This document shows positions 1-14,300 of a stretch of DNA of 64,000 bases, piece by piece. The notes under the pieces were generated by a model that saw nothing but the letters and a program-made list of their open reading frames with translations, had not been told where the DNA came from and searched no databases. Every line of letters begins with the position of its first letter. The stretch's first letter is position 1. A program made the translations under genes and the position numbers. This DNA is from Lingula anatina. Lineage: Eukaryota > Animalia > Brachiopoda. The DNA is taken from the NCBI GenBank assembly GCA_051362555.1, contig CM120640.1, forward strand, positions 7,998,001-8,062,000. Reading direction: 5' to 3'.

Positions 1-2337
1 ATGTTAATAGTCTCATTATTGAACTAATAAGATACATAAAAGTGTTTGTTTGACATTTCCTGCATCTTTACAACATTGTCAGTTGATTATGTAAAAATGA
101 TGGTAAATTTGTTATCATGTATTGTGTAATGAAGTGTCAAAACTGGAAATAAACACATATCATTGCAATTTGTCATATTCAATCATCCACTATGTTCAGA
201 ATCTTAGATGGAGGAAATTGGACATTTAACACTGTTCTATTGATATTTTCCCCATCTCATCAATTTTATTAGTTGGTCATATAAAAATGGCAGTTAATTG
301 TTAATTTTGTTTTATGTTAAAAAAGTGTTAAAAATGGAAATAAACCCATTTCAGAAAAGTGCTGTCTTGTTTACATTTTGGCATTTTCAAGATGTGACTT
401 TGAAGTTCCATGGTCCTGAAGACCTTTGCTGGTCACATTTTCTGAATATCCATGATACTAATATTTTATTATTAAAAATTGATGGTCATTTTGCTGTTAA
501 ACATTATGTAATATTGCATCAAAATTTGAAGAAACCCCCATTTTGGGCACTGTTCCCATGATGATCATTTAAGGAAAATCATATCACTCACTGTTCTCAA
601 ACTTACAGGAAAGAAACATGGGACTAAAATATAGCTTCAGTAGGCAATGCAGTCTGTTTGGTAAATTTTTCTGGCAATTAAACAGTTTTTTGTGAAAATT
701 TAATTATTCATTTATTGGCATTTTCAAGGTGTGACTTAGAACCTCCACGGGCTTGAAGACCTTTGCTAGTCACATTTTCTGAATATCCATGATACTAATA
801 TTTTATTATTAAAAATTGATGGTCATTATGCTGTTAAACATTATGTAATGTTGCATCAAAATAGAAGAAAACATAATTTTTGGTGTTGCTGCCATGATGA
901 CCATTATGGGAAAATCATGTTACTTACGACTCAATCTTTCAAAAAAAGTTGGAAAAGCAGTCTAATTGGCTTCTTTTTCTGGAATTTATACATTTTAGTG
1001 AAATATTCATTATTATCTTTTTGGCATATTCATTGTGGGACTCAGAACTCCCATGGACATGAAGCCGAATGGTAATCAAATTTTCTACATGTCCTTGCTA
1101 TTCATAGTCAATAATAAAAAATTGGTGATCATTATTCTATAAATTATTATGTAATGTTACATCACAATTGACAAAAATATTTTTGTACTGCTTCTGCAAA
1201 CATTATGGAAAGAAAACTGTGTTACTTATTATTATGTTTAACTTACAAGTATGATTTTTAGGATTGGCATGCAGTTCAAATTAGAAAGCCAGCTCAATTG
1301 GGTTATCATTTATTATTGAATTTATGCAATTTTGTGTTAAATTTTCATTTTTCTCATTCTGGCTCTTTCTAATTGTAAATTTGAACTTTGATGGACCTGA
1401 AGCCTTATGCTTTTACTTTCGTCGTTGTTACATGTACCTGTTCTGCATAATTAAAATTTGATATTGACTGTGCAGTTAAACATAATGTACTATTGCATCA
1501 GAATTGGCAGTCTCCTATTTTTGTGCATTATTGTTTTGTGCTTTTCTTAAGCTGTGTCTTATGGGACAAATTTGTGTGGTCAGTCTGTAAATTCCCCTTG
1601 GGTATTCACTAGGCTAAGTTTAGTGCTATAAACTCATTTGCCTGATTAAGTGGCCATTAAATGAGATTTCATAAATCACACTTGTTGATATTTCCCTGTA
1701 AACTCCCAAAGGTTAAGCTCTCTGCTAGATAACAGTGTCCATAATAAGGAAGCACTGAATAGCAGCTTCATTAGATTATATTTTTGTTGTTTTCTTTTTA
1801 ATTTCTTCTCCAACACTGGCATTTTTAAGATGTGACTTTCCCATCCACCCGAGGCTCTGCACAATTTCTGTATTTCCACGTAAGCAGTTGTATTGGTATT
1901 CATGTCTTTAAACACTAGTAATATTATTTTATGCACTGTCAACATTTTTCTTATATTGGGACTTTCATCATGTGAATTTTAGCTCTCATGGTCATGAAAC
2001 TATAATCTTATTGAAGGGGTGGATTGAGACCATCTTCTGGGTCTCCTGGAAGACAGTTAGATTTTTTATATTGATGGGTATCTATTTTTTTCTTTTGGAA
2101 GACCATCAAAATGGAAGATGGATCAATAAAGATACTTTAGAATACTGTCAAAAATATTTCTGGATCTGCTCCTGTTATTGACCATGTTACCTGTTGTGCA
2201 TAATGAAAAATCAGTGTTGACTGACTGCTATTATAAGCATTATTTATTGTTGCATCAAAATTGACAAAATGACCTCTTTTGCATCTTTTTTTTCTGTTTT
2301 TTGTCTGTACATTTGACAGCTTTGCTGCCTTGTTTTT
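1..2337 (+). mobile_element. Helentron-associated non-autonomous element (HINE/DINE-1-like), copy A; 5' part lies outside the window
   Basis: 1-~1530 aligns to 6515-~8065 and 2095-2337 aligns to 8068-8312. It ends with the same 3' module as copy B: subterminal TGTCTGTACAT, short hairpin CAGC-TTT-GCTG, then TTGTTTT. Confidence 0.75.
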
Positions 2338-2744
2338 CTATTTATTATTACTTTAAGTTGTAATACCTGATGAGCATCGTCACACTTACGAGGATTTTAC
2401 TTTGTGCAAACGGAAATATTAACCCTCTCCGACGCTCCGCCTTCTGCTTTGAGTTATGAAATGTGGTGTTATCGTTTTGTATCGTCCATGCGCCCAAAGC
2501 CTGAGAGTTGGAGCATAATATAGACACCTTCATACTCAGCAAACTTATTTGATTGCAGTAGGGCACTTGCAGGATTAAAGGGCATGTACCGGTATTTGTC
2601 TACCTATATCATATAATCGACCTGTTATTCTACTAGCTAAACTTGCACGTCGTATTTAAGCCCTGAAAAGACGTTGCGAGGCCCTGTTTCATTCCCGTTG
2701 CTACCAAGTTTAAATTGGATACTGTTTCCCCGTGTCCAAGGGGT

Positions 2745-3492
2745 CATGTCTATACGCCCTCTCACCGATACGTCCCCGTAACGATACTCTTCCGCACCGG
2801 TACTCGGCCACACTGATACTCCCCTTGTAAATTTTTACTCTATGCGCATCGATACAATCCCACACCTATAGATCCCTTGTAAAATTATCACAGGAAAACC
2901 CTTAATGGTGTAGCTTTTATGCTTTTAAATCGCTTAAACTTTGGATTTGGCAAACTCCTTTGAATAAATATATTTTTTAAACTTCCAACTGACTATAGAT
3001 TCGTGGGTGTGTTCAATTATTCAGGCTACGTATGAATTTTTCAGGGCCTTAGAAACCATCATTATCTCCTCTTACGTACTAATGTACATTACCTCCACTG
3101 AAGTAGTAGTGCTCTGTCCCGCACCAGTGATTGTAAATTTTAGCTTTTATACCGTTATCAAACATCGTTTTTGTTAACAAAAGGTCTACAAGTACCAGTA
3201 TACAGCTTCTTTTGATTTGTTTTCTGGAACATGACAGTTACATCAAGGTTGTACAAGACAAAAGATAAGTGATGTTCGTTGTTGGTTTCCTAATAACAAT
3301 TTCGAATAAAATGTCTTTTTTCGTTCCACAAAGGTGCACTTTTACAAAAAAATCTTATTACAGAAAGTTTTTAATCAAGATTTTTTATATGGATATCACA
3401 TTTTTACCAAAGCTAAGGGAATCTATGCTGTGGGGGAGTGTCTGCGCTGGGGAGTAACGGTACGGCGGAGTATGGGAACGTATAGGTAATGT
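2745..3492. mobile_element. Degenerate non-autonomous DNA transposon with inverted subterminal motif arrays
   Basis: Left arm repeats (C)GATACTCCCC-like motifs (2760-2830); right arm repeats the complementary GGGGAGTRTC-like motifs (3430-3490). Outer ends CAT..CTATACG / CGTATAG..ATG. No clean TSD. Confidence 0.4.
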
Positions 3493-3947
3493 TGAGAACG
3501 GAAAAGAGAATTGCATTCGCGATCTTGACATCTGAACACCATCTCGGTCCTACAGTACGTGGGTGCCTTTACAATGTTTGAAATGGCAGCAAATTTGACC
3601 GATCAGTAATTTGTTAATGACCTCACGAATAACGTATCTGTAACGGTCTATTAGCGTATTTTAAGTATACCTAACGCTTGATAAACGTTCGGAAAAAGTA
3701 TCCCAACACTCCGTGATCTGCTGTATAGTGCCATTTTAACATTATCATCATTAGTCTACCAGTTGGAGAGGGTGGATGTAGCTCTATTACAGCACCAATT
3801 GAACCTGATCCATTCGGCACTGCACTATTATCAACAAAATAAAAGTAGGAGAAGACGTCAAAACTGAGTGACACCGTGAATTTGAAGGCGATGCAAGCTT
3901 GGCCTGTATGATCAGTTGATGGTGGAGCTAAGAAACGAGGACCAAAG

Positions 3948-4480
3948 TTTCTTCAAGAACTTTTTGCGGATACCAACTGAGATGTTTGGTGAGATTTTAC
4001 ACAAATTGGGGATTTTTGGTAACAAAATAACATACTAAATACAGCCCCCTTGAGCCTGGCCCCAAGCTCGCAACAACTTTGAGGCACCTTACCACTGAGG
4101 TTCTTAATCTATGTATGTATGGGTGGGGGTGCTCTGCAACACCCAGTCAGTAGCCGTGTAAGAAGTCTGCCAAGCCCAAGTCGAAGAGTATTTGCCAGAA
4201 GTGATGGACTGTCCTACTACTCCAGGTGGGTGGCGTGCCATACCAGACAGATTCCTGAAGAAGTGGAACTCCCCCAATATGTGGTGCAATAAACGGGAAG
4301 CTCATTTCCTGCAGGTGTCTTCCCAAAAGTGTTTCTCTCTTCTACAACTAGGGGGCTTTACTACATAGTCGTCCTGGTCCTGGTAACCGCTGATTACAAG
4401 TTCATCTGGGCAGATATTGTAGCCTCAGCATCGGATGCAGAAGATGACGCCCTAGTGTTCTCTCCCCAGATCACCTACCC
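3948..4480 (+). pseudogene. PIF/Harbinger transposase (DDE_Tnp_4/HARBI1-like) fossil with stops and frameshifts
   Basis: Stitching frames gives FFKNFLRIPTEMFGEIL...PLEPGPKLATTLRHL...EVCQAQVEEYLPEVMDCPTTPGGWRAIPDRFLKKWNSP...GAINGKLI...LVTADYKFIWADI..ASDA. This matches Harbinger motifs (GAIDGKHI, DADYKFIWVDIG, SDA). Confidence 0.85.
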
Positions 4481-5762
4481 ATTTGTGGTAAAGTATACCA
4501 CTTGCGATGGCACACCTTGATTATTCATACGATATTCAAACACAAGTTATACGGTTTAAATACGCTATCGATAAATACGCTATTTCTACGCTGCTTATTC
4601 GTTCTTTCTCATACAATGGAAAAATGAAAGGGCGATTTCTTATGCTCTTAATTTTGCGTGTAATCGATTTCACATACGATACCCACGCGTTCCTCTTTTA
4701 CACTAGGTTTGACAGCGCCCGAGGTGTCTCTGTCAGTACCCAGTGTCAAGATGACGTTTCCCAGTGTTATTTTAACATAAAATCTTGAGAGAAATCTATC
4801 ACAAATAAACAATTTTTTGGGGAAAATTGTATGCAGAGTGTGTCCCGAGCGCATGCATGCGTGCTTTACCTTTGTCTAATATCTGTAGTATTTTACTGTC
4901 ATTCTAACTGAATGAACGCTGCTTTTTCACCTACACCCTAGCTAAAACTAATGGAATATTCCAAAAGCGTATTGCACCTACGATTAAACTTCAAACGAAG
5001 ACAAAATGTAACTTACAACCAGATCATTGGTGTTTTATTATAATTCCTTGCACTACCTTAAAGTTACAGTATATTTCAGATTATTTATTTGTTTGGGTAT
5101 CATCTCGTGAGCAATTGTAAATTTGCTGAAACATCTGATATCGGTAATTTATAGAGAAAAACAAGTGTTATGCTCAAGGAAAATGGGTTAGGAGGCATTT
5201 CTGTAGCATTAAGAATTTGATCAAAGAGTCATTATCTCGGGTACATGTAGCTGCCCCAAACCCGGATGCCGTCATCTTTTTTTTTTTTTTTTTTTGGTAC
5301 TGATTTAACTAGTTTCTGGATCTAGTTGGCACAGATTAATCCACCCCTGCCTCAGCTCATCTCACAGTGGGTCTAGAGCATCCCAACAGTGCTCAATGGG
5401 ATTCAAAGCAGGAAAAACGACCAGTGTAGTTGCTCAATGTCCAGGTCACTGAAAAATAGTTGTGTTCTGCGATCAAGTTGAGATGGGCCAATGCCATTGT
5501 TTTTCATAATGCTGTGTTGGGTACCGCAACGAAGTTACAAGGAACATTACTATTCAGCAGTATAAAATGAAATTTCATTGAATAATTGTGGTTTTTGACA
5601 TATTCAAAAATTTGGAAAAAATCTTGAAAAGACATTGAAAATCGGTCCAAGTTCATATTGACCCGAAATGTGTGTCGATAAACGTCGATGCGAGCTCAAA
5701 GGAGAGACGAGAGAACGGTGGGTGGCGTTTTGTTTCTGTCTGATATTGCTTGAGAGTTCGAC

Positions 5763-8312
5763 TTTTTATGTACAGACACAGATGTGTCTGTACATATAGC
5801 CATCATCTGCGTCTGTCGTCGCCGTCGCCGTCGTCGCTGTCGTCGCCGTCGCCGTCGCCGTGCACTTTTACCGATAACACGATAAGTGGAAAACCATTTT
5901 GCATTTTGATTTGAAACTTGCAGAACTGATGAATATTCATAATACGCAGGTCAAGTTCGAAAATCAGCATGATCGGGTCACTCTTAGGGAATTTATGCTG
6001 TTTTTTCACTTTTTTCAACATATATGCAGCACCGATAACACGATAAATGGAAAACCATTGTACCTTTTGACTTGAAACTTACAGAACTGATGAATATTCA
6101 TAATATGCAGGTCAAGTTCGAAAACTGGCATGATTGGGCCATTTTTAGGGAATTTATGCTGTTTTTTCACTTTTTCAGCATATATGCAGCACCGATAACA
6201 CAGTAAGTGGAAAACCATTTTACCTTTTGGCTTGAAACTTACAGAACTGATGAAAATTCTTAATACGCAGGTCAAGTTCGAAAATCAGCATGATTGGGCC
6301 ATTTTTAGGGAATTTATGCTGTTTTTTCACTTTTCAATATAAATGCAACACTGATAACACAATATAAGAAAAACGGATTGGCCAATTGGCATTATATTCA
6401 CAGGAGTGGTCAATCTTACTAAAATGCAGGTTGAGTTCGAAAATCAGCATAATCGGGCCATTATTTTAGAAGTTATACTGTTTTTTCACATTTCCTCAGA
6501 TTCAATTATTAGGCATGTTAACAGTCTCATTATTGAACTAATTAGATGCGTAAAAGTATTTGTTTGATATTTCCTGCATCTTTACAACATTGTTAGTTGA
6601 TTATGTAAAAAAACATGGTAAACTTGTTATCATGTATTGTGTAATAAAGTGTCAAAAATGGAAATAAACTCATATCATTGCAGTTTGTCAGATTCAATCA
6701 TCCACTATGTTCAGAATCTCAGAATGGAGGAAATTGGACATTTAACACTGTTCTATTGATACTTTTCCCATCTCATCAATTTTCTTAGTTGGTCATATAA
6801 AAATGGCAGTAAAATGTTTATTTTGTTTTATGTTAAAAAAGTGTTAAAAATGGAAATAAACCCATTTCAGGACAGTGCTGTCTTGTTTACATTTTGGCAT
6901 TTTCAAGATGTGACTTTGAAGTTCCATGGGCCTGAAGACCTTTGCTTGTCATGTTTTCTGAATGTCCATGTTACTAATATTTTATTAATAACATTTGATG
7001 GTTATCATGCTGTTAAACATTATGTAACGTTGCATCAAAATTTGAAGAAACCCCTATTTAGGGCACTGCTCCTATGATGACCATTTAAGGGAAAACATGT
7101 CACTTGCTGTTCTCAAACTTACAAGAAAGAAACATGGGTCTAACATACAGCCTCAGTAGGCAATGCAGTCTGTTTGGTAAATTTTTCTGGCAATTTAACA
7201 GTTTTTTGTGAAAATTTAATTTTTCACTTATTGACATTTTCAAGGTGCGACTTAGAACCTCCATGGGCTTGAAGACCCTTGCTAGTCACATTTTCTGAAA
7301 ATCCATGACACGTATATTTTATCATTTAAAATTGATGGTCATTATGCTGTTAAGCATTATGTAATGTTGCATCAAAATAGAAGAAAACACAATATTTGGT
7401 GCTGCTGCCATGATGACCATTATGGGAAAACGGTGTTACTTATTACTGTCAAACTTTCAAAAAAGAAACACAGGACTAAAATGCAGCCCGAGTTGGAAAA
7501 GCAGTCTAATTGGCTTCTTTTTCTGGAAGTTATACACTTAGTGAAATATTCATTATCTTTTTGGCATATTCATTGTGGGACTGAGAGCTCCCATGGACAT
7601 GAAGCCTAATGGTAATCAAATTTTCTACATGTCCATGCTATTTATAGTCAATAATCAAAAATTGGTGATAATTATTCTATAATTTATTATGTAATGTTAC
7701 ATCAAAATTGACAATAATCTTTTTGCACTGCTACTGCAAACATTATGAAAAGAAAACTGTGTTACTTATTATTATATTTAACTTATAAGTACGATTTTTA
7801 GGATTGGCATGCAGTTCAAATTAGAAAGCCAGGTCAGTTGGGTCATCATTTTTATTAAATTTATGCATTTTTTGTGAAATTTTCATTTTTCTCATTCTGG
7901 CACTTTCTAATTGAAAACTTGAACTCTGATGGGCCTGGAGCCTTATGCTTTTACTTTCATCAGCGTTACCTGTTGTGCATAATTAAAATTTTATGTTGAC
8001 TGTGCAGTTAAACATAATGTATTATTGCATCAGAATTGGGCAGTCTCCTGTTTTTGTGCATTATTCTGTTGGAAGACTATCAAAATGGAGGATGGATCAA
8101 CAAAGATACTTTGGAATACTGTCAGAAAATATCTCTGAATCTGCTCCTGTTATTGACCATGTTACCTGTTGTGCATGATTAAAAATCAGTGTTGACTGAC
8201 TGTGCTATTATAAGCATTTATTATTGCATCAAAATTGACATAATGACCTATTTTGCATCTTTTTTTTTTCTGTTTTTTGTCTGTACATTTGACAGCTTTG
8301 CTGCCTTGTTTT
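5763..8312 (+). mobile_element. Full-length Helentron-associated non-autonomous element (HINE), copy B
   Basis: 5' T-run, palindrome TATGTACAGACAC-agat-GTGTCTGTACATA (5767-5796), (GTC/GCC)n microsatellite 5810-5862, ~160-bp tandem units, then 3' subTIR TGTCTGTACAT, hairpin and T-run at 8278-8312. This is the canonical HINE layout. Confidence 0.8.
5870..6500 (+). repeat. ~160-bp satellite units inside the HINE (3 near-identical plus 1 diverged)
   Basis: ACCGATAACAC/ACTGATAACAC unit starts at 5870, 6031, 6191 and 6350. Confidence 0.92.
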
Positions 8313-11300
8313 GAAATTTGAGGAACCACAGATAGAGAAAACCAATTGCAATTCTCCGTTATTCCGAGAAAGATCTGTAGGATTGGGAATTGATTTGTTA
8401 ATAGGAACGTGGACAGCGTTTGTCAAGTCTTTTTTGCTGCAGAACGCTTGTTTGCGTGCGTGTTTAATTAACTGACTCAAGGAGATTAGCCCAGACGTAA
8501 CCGCGGCTTTGAATCAGTGTTATTTGGGCCAGAAACGCCAGGATATTGATAAATAGATTTTTCAGAGGATATTCACAGTTTGTAAGCCCTTTTCCTTTCC
8601 TAATTTATCAGAAGTCTTTTACTTTTTCTTCAGTCGTCTAGACGAGTAGCAACTCGGGTCCCACAGGTGGTGCAAATAACCTGCTTGCATGTATTGTAGG
8701 CCTTTAAAACGTGCACTTTTCCAACGGAGGTACCCAGGTGTAAATAAGACAAACCACAGGGATGGAAAAAGGTAAAGGAAAAAATATCAGCTGCTACCTT
8801 GAGTATTAATTAACAGATTTAACATATGCACAGAAAAATAATTTTGTCAACGTATCGGTTTTATTTATACTTTTAAACTAAAATTTTACTGGCAGTAGAA
8901 ACGTGCACCCTATTTGAATCAAATGCCGGTTATTGGAAATACTAATTGAATCGACTGTTAAAAGACATGATGCAGCCACGTGCCTACTGCCGGTTTAGCG
9001 ATGTTTACCAGTGCAAGCCAGGAAGGCATTCTCGAAAAATGTCTCGAAGGTCAACCGTTGAATAACTCAAATTGCATGTGGTAAACATTTTTTCTCAGTG
9101 TGAGCTGATCCCGCAGATTGTGTGGTCGGATGTGAAATGAAATGCAAATTTTCTTAATCAGGTGTATTGTTGCGCAGTGTCTTATCAAACAAGCAAGATA
9201 GGTAGGTGTTAGTGGTATTGAAATGAAAAAAGCATGTTTGTGTTAGGGGTACATTTTTTACGTATTTGTTTACCAGTTAATGTACTGATAAATTTTTGTA
9301 GTGCATGTAAGTGAAGACTCTTTTGTTGTTACTGGATGATAACATTTAGTTTTGTCGCATTTTGTGGATTTTGTAATCTCCGCTAATGGGAATCATCCAA
9401 GAAACCCGAGTCCCAAGACGTAATACAAATCAAGTAAGATTTAGCGGAATTTGGAAGAGAGAAAGATCAGAAATAATGAGAGATTATCGAGTGCGGTGTG
9501 GCGACGAATAAAAGATGACAGTCCTACGGATATTTTGCTAGTTGTTTTCTCTATAGTTCTGTCGAATATAACTATTTATTGAACAGCAGTACGAATGATT
9601 TGCGTGTCACTTTTGTATTGCCTTTGACGACGACATTTCTGGCGCATAGGATTTCACTTTAATCGCTGAAAAGTTAACCACACCTCAAAAAGATTGTAGC
9701 ACGTTTTTCTTGTCTCGCATGACGTCACGCAATGCTGACAGCCTCACTTTGGGGAGTTTTCTATTCAACTTTGTTGTCAAATTTTGGCAAAGGGAAATAT
9801 ATTTTTCTAACAACGGTGGTTGTACATAGACTCTATAGTTGTCACTGTATAACCAATGGTCTTAACTTTAAACTACAGCCCAATATTTTTGTTTACTTTT
9901 TTATGTGCCCGTAAACTATACAGTTAAACTACATGTTCACGTTTTACGGCCCAATTCTCTTAATGGCTGTTTTTCAACTCATCCCTATCTACAGACACCA
10001 GAACTAATATGCATTATACACACAATGTGATTTTAATTGTGTTCCCGCTCAGACATGCAATTTAAAGCAACGTCCTGCCACAGCAATTTGTCAGTTGGGA
10101 CTCCCTCCGCCTTTCTTTTTATTATTTTACGCCTTATGGAAAAGACAGACAGAGCAGACTGGCAATTTCGAAGGCAAAATTGGACATTTCCTTCGAGAGA
10201 TTCCAAATTGAACATTGCCACTGTTGGCTAATGAATAAAACGCATAGGTTAATCATACAGGCCAATAGATGACAGAAAAAAACTCATGGAGTACAAACCT
10301 TATTTACTGAAATATCTGTCCTTTGATTTGCACAATACTAAATGACCCAATATCCCCTCTAGATTATACGCCATGTATTTTAGAAGATGGAAGTTCTACA
10401 AAATTAAAGTATATCGACGCTGCAGGGCATTGTCCTATTAATACTGTTAACTGGTTGTACGATTGTATTAATGATACATCTGTGCTTTGTTTCCCACTAC
10501 TATCTGGTATGTATCGCACTGGTATCGTGAAAAAGCAAAAAAAGAAGTGGACATTCGAGTCTCGTCAGTGGAGCACACATTTTATGTAATATCTGCAGAT
10601 AACCGTTTTAAATTTCGTTTTAATAACTGTCATTTTTCTTACAATATTAGAGGGTACTATAGTGTAGAAAAAAATGGGGAAACTCCGAATTATTCAAATA
10701 TTACAAAACATTTTGAAGCACTGAAGTGCCTCAAATGCATACGTTTTTGTGGAATAAACCAAACATCTTTCCTTGATCACATAATACACTACCGGTAGAA
10801 GGCAACAGATATTCTGGCCTGCAACAAAATGCTGACAATCGACGAGTCTAACTACCCGGTGCCACGGAGGGGGTGGGGTGGTGGTTCTAATAACCCCTAT
10901 ACCCCGAACAGCCTTAAAAGTAAAACATATTCAGAGAAACCCCAGACAAAGCATTTGTCTGGTCTGCCTGAACCCAGATACAGTGTTACAATAGGAATGC
11001 TAACTGGTAAAATCAGATCACCTGATCACTGACCACAGAAAAGAATGTGTTCATAATTTTAGTCCACAGGTATTGGCCAAATGTGTGTCTTTCACGTCCT
11101 TGTCAGTTTCAGTACATTTAACGACAACAGCCCCCTACCCTTGCATTTAATCTGTCTGATCTATCTTCGGGAGGACAGATAGCGAAATGTCGTCATACAT
11201 TCAGCGTCTTATCACCATATTCCAGAGCTGTATTCACTCGCTACTTCATAAATACATTTTTGCTTGTGATTCCTAATCTGATTTCTTACACCACTTCAAT

Positions 11301-14300
11301 ATCCGTTACCCGAATTGGCAACCATTCAGACTATTCTTGTGATATAGCAATTTTTATTAATTTAAGGTCTTCTTATATTATGGTGATAATCATATTATGG
11401 TATCGTTAGCTTTGGTATTCAAGCCCTCACGAAGCTTATCCTTGCAAGATTGCTGGAGTGTTTCCTGACTGTACATAGAATCAGGAAACCGGCACGGAAT
11501 CCATCTCTATGGTGTTAAGTTCGTGCTTATTATCTCCCAATCTACAAAACAATCTCGTTTCTGTGACATAAAAACATTTACGGATAATCACTACAAAATG
11601 CTCATCATGTTCAAAGAATATACAGGGGGCACATGCACCAGCACGTGCACTGCTGAGGTCTCACGATTTGCCTCTTTGATATTGGTCATGCTTTTTTATG
11701 TCAACATCAATACCATAATCTCTCTTGAAGTTGGGGGGAAGTTCGATGGGTTTCCAAAATTTTTAACCCGCCAACCCGAACACGGCCAATGTCTGTCCGA
11801 CGCTATCTAGACGGATTTTTAAGATCACTTACTCGTGGCAATAAAACTTTCAATATCTAATTTCTCTCATCTCTGTCGAAATAGGAAAGATATGTAGTGT
11901 TCTCGGCAAATTTCGTTAAAGATTGCAAACAAATTGGTGATTTCCCCCTCTCTCTTTCGTCAGGGATTTTATATCCTTCCATATCCCTTTTTATGATAAA
12001 CTATTTTTTTAGATATTTTTGATATGTTAGTGACCACAAAGTACATTCCTCGGGGGCATGAAGCGATTACACTTGATTAATCAGTTCAGTGGCTGGTGTG
12101 AGATGATGCCTAGGCGTTAGTGATAGATGTATGTAGGGATGTTTTACCATAATATGGTAGTTAATAGAGGTGATTACTCACGAGCTAATTCACTGCGCAG
12201 ATTGAGTTTGTCCATTTTTCGTTACTGTCATTTTTATCATGGGCGGTTTACTCTTGTTTGGTCTGAAAAGGACAAATGTAACATGAAAAATATCCACGGA
12301 ATAGATCGTTGTGTTGCCATTCTAATGATACCGATCTTCGAAAGGTGACTAATGACGTGGGAAGAATCCTGTTTTAAGATAATTGTGAAAATTATATGCA
12401 GAAAAATGAGAAGTAAAGATATCTTAAAAAGGCTTTCTGGTGTCAAACCCCCAACAATTCTATTTAAAAGTCATGATTATCTATGTCACGAACATTGAAC
12501 AAGGCAGTGGGATTCGCAAACCCATGATATCGATTTGCTTGTCATAACTCTCTGAAAGGATCGTTTTCTCTGTTGGCAATGATATTGAAGGGCTGCAAAA
12601 TGTCCTTTCATGTAACTTGTTTACCACGTTAGTTTTGTCATCTAGTCATACAGTTAGGTTGCCAGTATGAATACCAAATGTCAAACAACTTCCACTCCTC
12701 TGGAAACTGTTCTAAACATGTAAATAGGTATAGGCATATCACGCACTTAAAAAAAGTGAAGCGAGGCATTTTCACATGTTCTACGTTTCTAAAATAAAAA
12801 AGAAATACAAACCAATTTCCAATTTTTTATAGATAATGCTAGTCTCGTATGACGACACACAATGCCGACATCTTGGATGAATCCGTTTTTTTTATCAACC
12901 ACAGGATCGAGAAAATAGAACATTTGAAGCATTTCGAACAAAAATAAGCTTTGATACAGTCTCTTCAGAATAACTTTTACAGAACAGTTCCGACCTTTCA
13001 TGGACAATAATTTAAATTCAGGTGAGACTTCATATTTTAAGTATGTCATATGTTAGGTAAGATAAGCTGGCGATGACTTAATTTAATAGGATGGTGCAGA
13101 CTTCTTATCGACAGAGATGGATCGGCCAAAACTGGTGGATGGGTAGGGATGTTTTTTTCCGGGTTGGGGTGGTTACTGAGAGACATATTAACTTTCTAAG
13201 TTTCTCTTTATATGAGAGTAGATATGGAGATAGCTATGAGAGCTTTGTACGTGTTTGGTATGAAGTGACCGTTTGAATATGCTGGAATATTGAGAGCCTG
13301 TGAATCAGGTATAAATGAAGCATGAAAGACTTCTGATGAGCTAGACCTCAATAGATGGCCAAGGAATTATGCCCCACGCAAAAGCGACTCTTTGTAATTA
13401 AAACGTGGCGTAAAAGGCAGCGAATATGCACTACTATGTTCGAAACGACGTAAAATTGCAATTTTTTTGTGCGAAGGTTAACGATTTGAAAGGTCTTGCT
13501 TAATTCATCAGTTAGCGTATCGTTTCCGATTCCCAAAATATTCAGATAGAAACTGTCGTCAGCTGAGAAGACAATGACGCACATTTCTTTTCTATTGTCA
13601 CCTGCAAGTATTCACGAGACGCTATCTTGTCCTTTAAGAGGTAAGAATCGCTAATTACGACCTCTGTGTCCTAGCCGTTGATCAAAACAACTACGGGGAA
13701 TCGATCGTTAAGTATCATGCCTTTCCGTTATATCATCAACGAATATTAATGGCATCGTTGACATCCATAATAAGCGCTATGTGGATTTTTTTCTACCTCA
13801 CATATAAAAACACACACTTTGTAAAGTACCACGAACATTCACGATTCAAAGCCATATTCCCTTTATTTAAATTACAATCTGAAAATCTTTTTTTTTCTTT
13901 CTATTTTTACTTGAACATGTGATTACATAAATATTTATAATCGAAAACTTGGTGTACCGTAGACGAACATTAAGCGGAGTAGCCACCTGTCTTAGCACAG
14001 GCAAAGTGATGTGCGCTTCCCGTACACGTGCATTAAGAACACCATTCATGTCAGGTAAAATTAGTTTTCACAAGAAATCTGCCTGCGTAAAATAAAATCT
14101 GTCTGAAGAAAGTGAAAGTTAAATCATACGTTAAAACTAATGACTTTAGAACATGGTTTTCGTCAATAAATTTGGAGAGAGATTTGGAGAGAGAATAAAA
14201 CGAAACATTGGAAAGACGTGTAAATTTCATTATGCAAGATACTTTACAAAAGAAATGGAGGGGGGGGGGTCACATTAGCCAACTTGCTGTATGTTTTCAG

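Noticed and set aside
298-1075. ORFs of 75-87 aa repeated at 6814-7609
   Set aside because: They lie within duplicated HINE bodies, have no domain motifs, and indels between copies break frames.
2367-2400. CTGATGAG/CTGACGAG hammerhead-like cores (also ~13333 and ~51402)
   Set aside because: No stem II closed by GAAA and no convincing stems I or III; an Infernal hammerhead search would settle it.
5803-6275. ORFs with DGDGD and internal repeats
   Set aside because: Translations of the (GTC/GCC)n microsatellite and the 160-bp satellite units.
8330-10600. Exon-like patches with splice-like signals and short ORFs
   Set aside because: Could not be joined into an open frame or matched to a known family; probably old transposon debris.
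10850-11040. tRNA-derived SINE-like segment on the minus strand
   Set aside because: A and B boxes too degenerate, no cloverleaf; no tRNA or rRNA gene is supportable anywhere in the window.
13348-13584. Possible CR1-type LINE C-terminal remnant (LNILGIGNDTLTDEL)
   Set aside because: Only a vague motif match, with no RT core or tail.
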